A DNA stretch of 61,594 bases, the filler included. It is 3 parts of 3 records of this genome, joined end to end, with 100 filler letters (N's around TTAATTAATTAA, not from the genome) between each part and the next. Parts side by side here need not be neighbours in the genome. Positions count along the whole stretch, not along the records: positions 55,886 to 61,594 come from SRR31156797_6118; 2 more parts are not named here. One strand, 5' to 3'. A model generated the notes under the pieces. The model was not told the DNA's origin and did no database searches. It saw only the letters and a list, made by a program, of their open reading frames with translations. Both the position numbers and the translations under genes were made by a program. Below are positions 56,929 through 61,594 of this stretch, piece after piece (the first letter of the stretch is position 1; each line of letters starts with the position of its first letter).

Positions 56929-57927
56929 TCAGTCGCCGAGTCGTGAGACTACAGCATCATTGAAGTTATGCGACACAAACAGGCGAGCCGCTCTGACCGC
57001 GTTGCGGATTGCCCGGTTGTCGCTCCGTCCATGGGAAATAATACACACACCATTGATGCCAAGCAACGGAGCGCCACCGTACTCGGCGAAATCATGGCGT
57101 GCCCAGACGCGATTCAGAGCGTCTTCAAATTGCGCCCGTACATCATCGTCCTGTGTGTTGAACTCGCGCTTAATTGTCGGGAAAAGCCCCTCAGCGAGTC
57201 CTTCAATCAGCTTCAGAAGGATGTTCCCCACGAAACCATCACATACCGCTACTTCGCAAGCATTCGCAAAAACGTCCCGACCTTCAATGTTGCCTACGAA
57301 ATGTATATTTTCGTCCGATTCCAGTAATTCACGCGCTTCGCGAACCTGTTCGGTTCCCTTCAGATCTTCTTCGCCAATAGAAAGAAGACCAACACGAGGC
57401 TTCTCGGTTCCAAGAACCTTTTCTGAATATATCGAAGCCATGACCGCGTATTGGTGAAGCTGGTGGGGTTTGACCTGAACATTCGCACCGACATCGCATA
57501 GAACAACCGGACCATAAAACGAAGGTACAGCGGCTGCGATACCAGGACGACTGATGCACTTCAGTGGACGCATCTTCAACTGAGATGATGCCACAAAAGC
57601 GCCTGTGTTGCCTGCACTGATGACGGCATCCACCTCGCCATCAGAGGCAAGTTGGGTCATGCGGATCAGAGAGGAATCTTTTTTCTTTCGGAGCGCATCG
57701 GTCGGCGATTCGCACATGTCCACCACTTGTGATGCATGGACGATGCGAACCCGGTCGGATGAGGTGTATCCCTCGATGGCGTTGAGTTCGTCATTGATAC
57801 GAGCCTCGTCTCCGACGAGTACAATAATGTGATCCTCTGTATCAACAAGCGATTCTACCGCGCCACGCACGATTGCTTTCGGTGCGTGGTCGCCTCCCAT
57901 GGCATCCACGGCGATTCGTACGGCCAT
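56929..57927 (-). CDS. plsX: Phosphate acyltransferase PlsX
   Basis: IAVDAMGGDHAP, SAGNTGA, DGFVGN, GGAPLLG, HGRS. Confidence 0.97.
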   Translation of the reverse strand: MAVRIAVDAMGGDHAPKAIVRGAVESLVDTEDHIIVLVGDEARINDELNAIEGYTSSDRVRIVHASQVVDMCESPTDALRKKKDSSLIRMTQLASDGEVDAVISAGNTGAFVASSQLKMRPLKCISRPGIAAAVPSFYGPVVLCDVGANVQVKPHQLHQYAVMASIYSEKVLGTEKPRVGLLSIGEEDLKGTEQVREARELLESDENIHFVGNIEGRDVFANACEVAVCDGFVGNILLKLIEGLAEGLFPTIKREFNTQDDDVRAQFEDALNRVWARHDFAEYGGAPLLGINGVCIISHGRSDNRAIRNAVRAARLFVSHNFNDAVVSRLGD

Positions 57928-58112
57928 CAGACCTCCTCATTATTCAATGGCAGGTTAACCTTGCGGCTTGCGTATCCGCAGTTACTGCATGCACAGTGCG
58001 GAAGCTTAGGATCGCCGCACTTGGGACAGGTTGCCCGGTTCAATGCGGTTAACGCATGGTGGGACCGACGCGTTCGCTTCCGCATTTTTGATTTCTTCTG
58101 TACTGGAAGCAT
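57927..58112 (-). CDS. rpmF: 50S ribosomal protein L32 (Zn-ribbon type)
   Basis: MLPVQKKSKMRKRTRRSH...CPKCG...PHCACSNCGY; rpmF-plsX-fabH order. Confidence 0.95.
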   Translation of the reverse strand: MLPVQKKSKMRKRTRRSHHALTALNRATCPKCGDPKLPHCACSNCGYASRKVNLPLNNEEV

Positions 58113-58232
58113 GATAATCTCGCTTCTGACATTGACGTAAACACTAATTCCGTAACTCTTGTGGCGTTACAGCACGATCAGAGCCGTTTTGCTTGCGCAC
58201 TGACACCAACCCGCAAAAGCGGGTAGCCTCGT

Positions 58233-58261
58233 AATCTAACTATAAGGATATTTAATGTCAA
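58233..58261 (-). promoter_or_regulatory. Sigma70-type promoter of the rpmF-plsX-fabH operon
   Basis: Minus strand TTGACA-17-TAGATT; GC hairpin ACCCGC-TTTT-GCGGGT just after the predicted start (58209-58224). Confidence 0.65.
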
Positions 58262-58604
58262 GATTTTGACAAAGGTACGGCATTCCGGCTGATTGACAAG
58301 GTTCCCATAACTCTCGAAATAGCTCCAGAAGTGTGGCGACAGTAGATGTAACTGATTTATTTACAATGAATTAGGCGAATTACCCTGGGGCGTTGAACGC
58401 TTCTGAAGGTGAAAACACCGCAGGTAGATCCATTATAAGTCTATTTTTAATAGCGGTTTATGCTGTTCTAAGGAGAGGGGGCGCTTCCCTGAAACCGGTT
58501 ATTCCATATAATCGAATAAACTTATCTGACATGAAACGCCGACGATGTTCATAAGGATAGTGTCAAGGTTGATATTGGGCAGGTGAATAGCAGGAAGAAA
58601 GCTG

Positions 58605-58847
58605 ATGATGAAACGTATTGCTATCATGATCGTTCTCGGAATCGTAATCTGGCAAACCGGATGCGGGGCATTGTATCTCGACCGGACGCAGTTCCCGAAT
58701 GTTGGAATCGGAGGCGATGGCCAGGGAATCTCATACGATGAAATTCAGGACATTCTCAATGACTCCTCGCTGTCCACGGATGAAAAGCGGGAAGAACTTC
58801 AGAAGCTGGGAATCGAGGATGAAAAACTTCTGGATACACTGCTCTAA
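58605..58847 (+). CDS. Small hypothetical lipoprotein
   Basis: MMKR, hydrophobic stretch and QTG-C lipobox-like site; purine-rich RBS; own terminator. Confidence 0.7.
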   Translation: MMKRIAIMIVLGIVIWQTGCGALYLDRTQFPNVGIGGDGQGISYDEIQDILNDSSLSTDEKREELQKLGIEDEKLLDTLL

Positions 58848-58878
58848 TCGCATTCTGTTTTCCATCAGAAATAAACAG

Positions 58879-58918
58879 ACTGAACGGACGTGATAACTTC
58901 ACTCCGTTCAGTTTTTTT
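58879..58918 (+). terminator. Rho-independent terminator
   Basis: actgaacgga-cgtga-taact-tcac-tccgttcagt plus T-run. Confidence 0.8.
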
Positions 58919-59060
58919 GTGCTGTCTGAATCATTCATCCCATCAAAGTATCTACTGTACTCTTTTCTCTTTTGCCTCGGCTCGATCCCCCATACTATTA
59001 CCATCGATGAATCAGATGTGGTGACAGTCATTTCCGGGGAAGAAAGCAAGGAGGACATTG

Positions 59061-61594
59061 ATGAATCGTATCCTGCTGAGTGGAGTTGTCGTACTTGTTT
59101 GGTTGTGTGGATATGGATGCCTCGAGCCACAAACGACTGAAACCGGAACCATCGCCCCGGTGAAAGTGGATCACACGATAGCCGAGTTTCGCGGCATCTG
59201 GGTCACACGCTTTGAATGGACCGATTCCGATCCTGACAAGTGCAGGACAAAAATCGCAGACATCATGCAGGATGTTGCGGAACACAATTTCAACGCAGTG
59301 GTGTTCCAGGTGCGAGGGGCAGCTGAAACACTATATCCGAGTAAATATGAACCCTGGTCGCCTCTGCTGGATGAACAGGATCCCGGTTTCGATCCCTTCG
59401 AGTTCGCAGTTCAGCAGGCACATGCAAATGGCCTTGAATTTCACGCGTATGTGAATCCAATGCCGCTTCGTTCCAAACGCTGGAAAGATACACCCGCCGA
59501 TGATTCGCATTTGTTTTACGCCCATGGACCCGAGTCCGATGAGCCATGGATCTGCATGGATGAAAACGGCAAACCAAACCAGAGCGACTATTACTATCTC
59601 TCGGCAGGTGTCCCGGGCGTGCATGTCTACCTGCGGGAAGTCCTGCTCGACATCGTGAAACGCTACGACATTGACGGCATTCACTATGATCGGATTCGCG
59701 GACCCGGTCCTCAGTACAACCGAAATCCCATCTGCGACGCCAGGTACAACGGAAGAGGAAACCCCAGCCGCCTCGATCGATCAGACTGGCATCGCGAGCA
59801 GCTGAATAAATTGATCAATGATCTGGCAGTGGAAATCTGGGCGGAAAAGCCTGAGATGATCATCTCCTGTGCCGCATGGGGTATTTACAACAAGTACCAC
59901 ATTGATGGCTACGAAGGATTCTCCAGCGGCTACCACGACTACTATCAGGATTCCTGGAACTGGGTCAGGATCGGAGCCATGGACATCCTCATGCCCATGA
60001 TCTACTGGGACATCGGAGGAAAGAAACCCGACTACGACGAACTGCTTCATGATTTCAATCGAGGCGTAGGACCGGAGCACATCGTCGGCGGACAGAACAT
60101 CTTCCGCAAAAAAGGCGAGAACATCCGCGAAATCGAAGTGACACGAGAAGACGGATCGCTGGGTACAGTTCTCTTTGCCTATTCCGGTGCAAAAAGAAGA
60201 GGTGTCCTCGCCGAATGCAAAGAAAAACTATACCAGGAAAAAGTCCCGACTCCCCAGGTCCAGAGAGTCGCCAATCCCACATCAGGTTGCATCCTCGGTA
60301 AAGTCATGGATGAAAACGGAACCCCCATCGTCGATGCATGGGTGTCGATCAAACCGGTAAACGATCAGCAGGGAAAAGTTTTCAACAAAACATGGACAAC
60401 CAGTGCGGACGGTCGTTTCGCATTCGTCGATATTCCACCGGGCGAAGCGGACATTCATGTGAACTACCCGGGAGCTACTCCGGTAGTGTATGGCCCGGTT
60501 ACCGTTTCGATTAATGAAGTAGCCACTGCAGAAGTCAAATTGCCGGATGCCGTAGCGGCAGCACAGGAACCGTTCTTTCTGAACATCATTCAGCCGGAAA
60601 CGGGCAGGGAAGTCTCAACGGAAGTATTTCACCTTCTCGGTAGAACCCTTGCCGGCTGCACCGCGAAAGTGAATGGCGAACCCGTCGAAGTGTTTTCCAC
60701 CGGAGCTTTCGCAAAAGACAATATACCTCTCGAGATTGGTGAAAACATTCTGACCGTCGAAGCAACCAGCCCCGAAGGAAGAACCGTGTCCAGGGCAGTC
60801 GTCGTAACACGGGTTGAAGAATCCCCAACCGATACAGCGAAAGCTGCAAAGCAAGCAGAATCTCTGGTTAAGTATTCCCCCGAAGACCGCAGGGTAGGCC
60901 TTGCAAAGAGTGACAATGTTGGAATTGTGACTGGTACGCACTCTGTTCGTCTGGGCGGGCCCTATATCGCCGAAGTGTCGAAAGATACGAAGATGGTCAT
61001 CGCTGGCGAAAAAGCGAATGCCTGGTGGGTGAAGTTAAGTGCTTCCCAATACGGCTTCGTCAAGAAGGACAATGTCGAGCTTCTTTCCGTAGACACTCCA
61101 CAGCCCCTCAACAACTTCACCTCATGTCATATTGGCGGGGTTGATGAAGAACAGGTCGATGTCGTAAGCCTCACGCTTACAGAGGACATCGTCTACTCCG
61201 TTCGTGCAGGCCTTCAACCCAACCGGCTGTATCTCGATCTCTATAACTCCTTCTGGTCATCCACCTGGAACAGCCATAAGACCAGCGCAAAGATTGTCGG
61301 CCCCGTCACTGGCCGGCAGATAGAAGACGGCCTCGTTCGTCTCACCATTCCGGTCAGCACGAATCACCTCTGGGGATACTGGATTGAACGCAGCGGAAAA
61401 CGCCTGACACTCAAAATCAGACGTGCTCCCGAAATCCATCCGGAAATCCCACTGAAAAATCTCACAGTCGCTGTGGAAGCCGGACACGGAAACCACAACA
61501 CCGGTGCCGTAGGCCTCATGGGGACAAAAGAGAAAGACGTCAACCGCGCAGCGGTAGATGCGTTAATCGTCGCTTTGAAACAGCACGGTGCAGA
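59061..61594 (+). CDS. Multidomain cell-wall hydrolase: GHL10 (YddW/DigH-like) glycosidase, carboxypeptidase-regulatory/Ig-like, SH3-like, AMIN-like and Amidase_3 domains; runs off the window end
   Basis: My translation, absent from the ORF track because there is no stop. SD AAGGAGG; MNRILL...GYGC; EFRGIWV, NAVVFQVR, PSKYEPWS, AHANGLEFHAYVN, RYDIDGIHYD, MPMIYW; LTVAVEAGHG...GAVG..GTKEKDVN from 61461. Confidence 0.88.
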   Translation, partial: MNRILLSGVVVLVWLCGYGCLEPQTTETGTIAPVKVDHTIAEFRGIWVTRFEWTDSDPDKCRTKIADIMQDVAEHNFNAVVFQVRGAAETLYPSKYEPWSPLLDEQDPGFDPFEFAVQQAHANGLEFHAYVNPMPLRSKRWKDTPADDSHLFYAHGPESDEPWICMDENGKPNQSDYYYLSAGVPGVHVYLREVLLDIVKRYDIDGIHYDRIRGPGPQYNRNPICDARYNGRGNPSRLDRSDWHREQLNKLINDLAVEIWAEKPEMIISCAAWGIYNKYHIDGYEGFSSGYHDYYQDSWNWVRIGAMDILMPMIYWDIGGKKPDYDELLHDFNRGVGPEHIVGGQNIFRKKGENIREIEVTREDGSLGTVLFAYSGAKRRGVLAECKEKLYQEKVPTPQVQRVANPTSGCILGKVMDENGTPIVDAWVSIKPVNDQQGKVFNKTWTTSADGRFAFVDIPPGEADIHVNYPGATPVVYGPVTVSINEVATAEVKLPDAVAAAQEPFFLNIIQPETGREVSTEVFHLLGRTLAGCTAKVNGEPVEVFSTGAFAKDNIPLEIGENILTVEATSPEGRTVSRAVVVTRVEESPTDTAKAAKQAESLVKYSPEDRRVGLAKSDNVGIVTGTHSVRLGGPYIAEVSKDTKMVIAGEKANAWWVKLSASQYGFVKKDNVELLSVDTPQPLNNFTSCHIGGVDEEQVDVVSLTLTEDIVYSVRAGLQPNRLYLDLYNSFWSSTWNSHKTSAKIVGPVTGRQIEDGLVRLTIPVSTNHLWGYWIERSGKRLTLKIRRAPEIHPEIPLKNLTVAVEAGHGNHNTGAVGLMGTKEKDVNRAAVDALIVALKQHGA

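Noticed and set aside
59028-61496. Numerous short ORFs listed in the track over the last 2.5 kb
   Set aside because: All are alternative-frame or antisense shadows of the long unlisted hydrolase ORF starting at 59061

Overview
The window is a concatenation of three unrelated contigs. They are joined by two artificial 100-nt linkers (N44-TTAATTAATTAA-N44 at 30347-30446 and 55786-55885), so gene neighbourhoods must not be read across them. Segment 1 (1-30346) is AT-rich Bacteroidota DNA, probably Marinifilaceae-like, with TAnnTTTG promoters and a T9SS substrate. It carries a tRNA 3' end, a PAP2 phosphatase, a POT transporter, a secreted endonuclease I, a repeat lipoprotein with a TonB-dependent receptor, typA, a ferredoxin, a PadR/PspC/DUF4252 operon, an M16 peptidase, rplM-rpsI-rpsB-tsf-pyrH-frr, a BtpA-family gene, a four-helix-bundle gene, an OmpA/MotB lipoprotein, dxs and a truncated SulP. 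Segment 2 (30447-55785) is Vibrio core chromosome: DUF1107, a YbaK-family gene, ygfZ, sdhE-ygfX, nadB, rpoE-rseABC, lepA-lepB-rnc-era-recO-pdxJ-acpS, barA/varS, rlmD-relA-mazG-pyrG and eno (truncated). Segment 3 (55886-61594) is higher GC and probably Planctomycetota/Phycisphaerae-like. It holds rpmF-plsX-fabH, a small lipoprotein and a long ORF missing from the supplied track that fuses a GHL10 glycosidase to an Amidase_3 domain. Best leads: (i) a four-helix-bundle (IVP/Avd-like) gene bracketed by inverted 7-bp tandem arrays, plus an orphan array before pyrH; (ii) a putative extracellular DNA-scavenging locus; (iii) a candidate CRP-controlled Vibrio sRNA; (iv) the glycosidase-amidase fusion. 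All family assignments come from motif recognition by eye, not from database searches.
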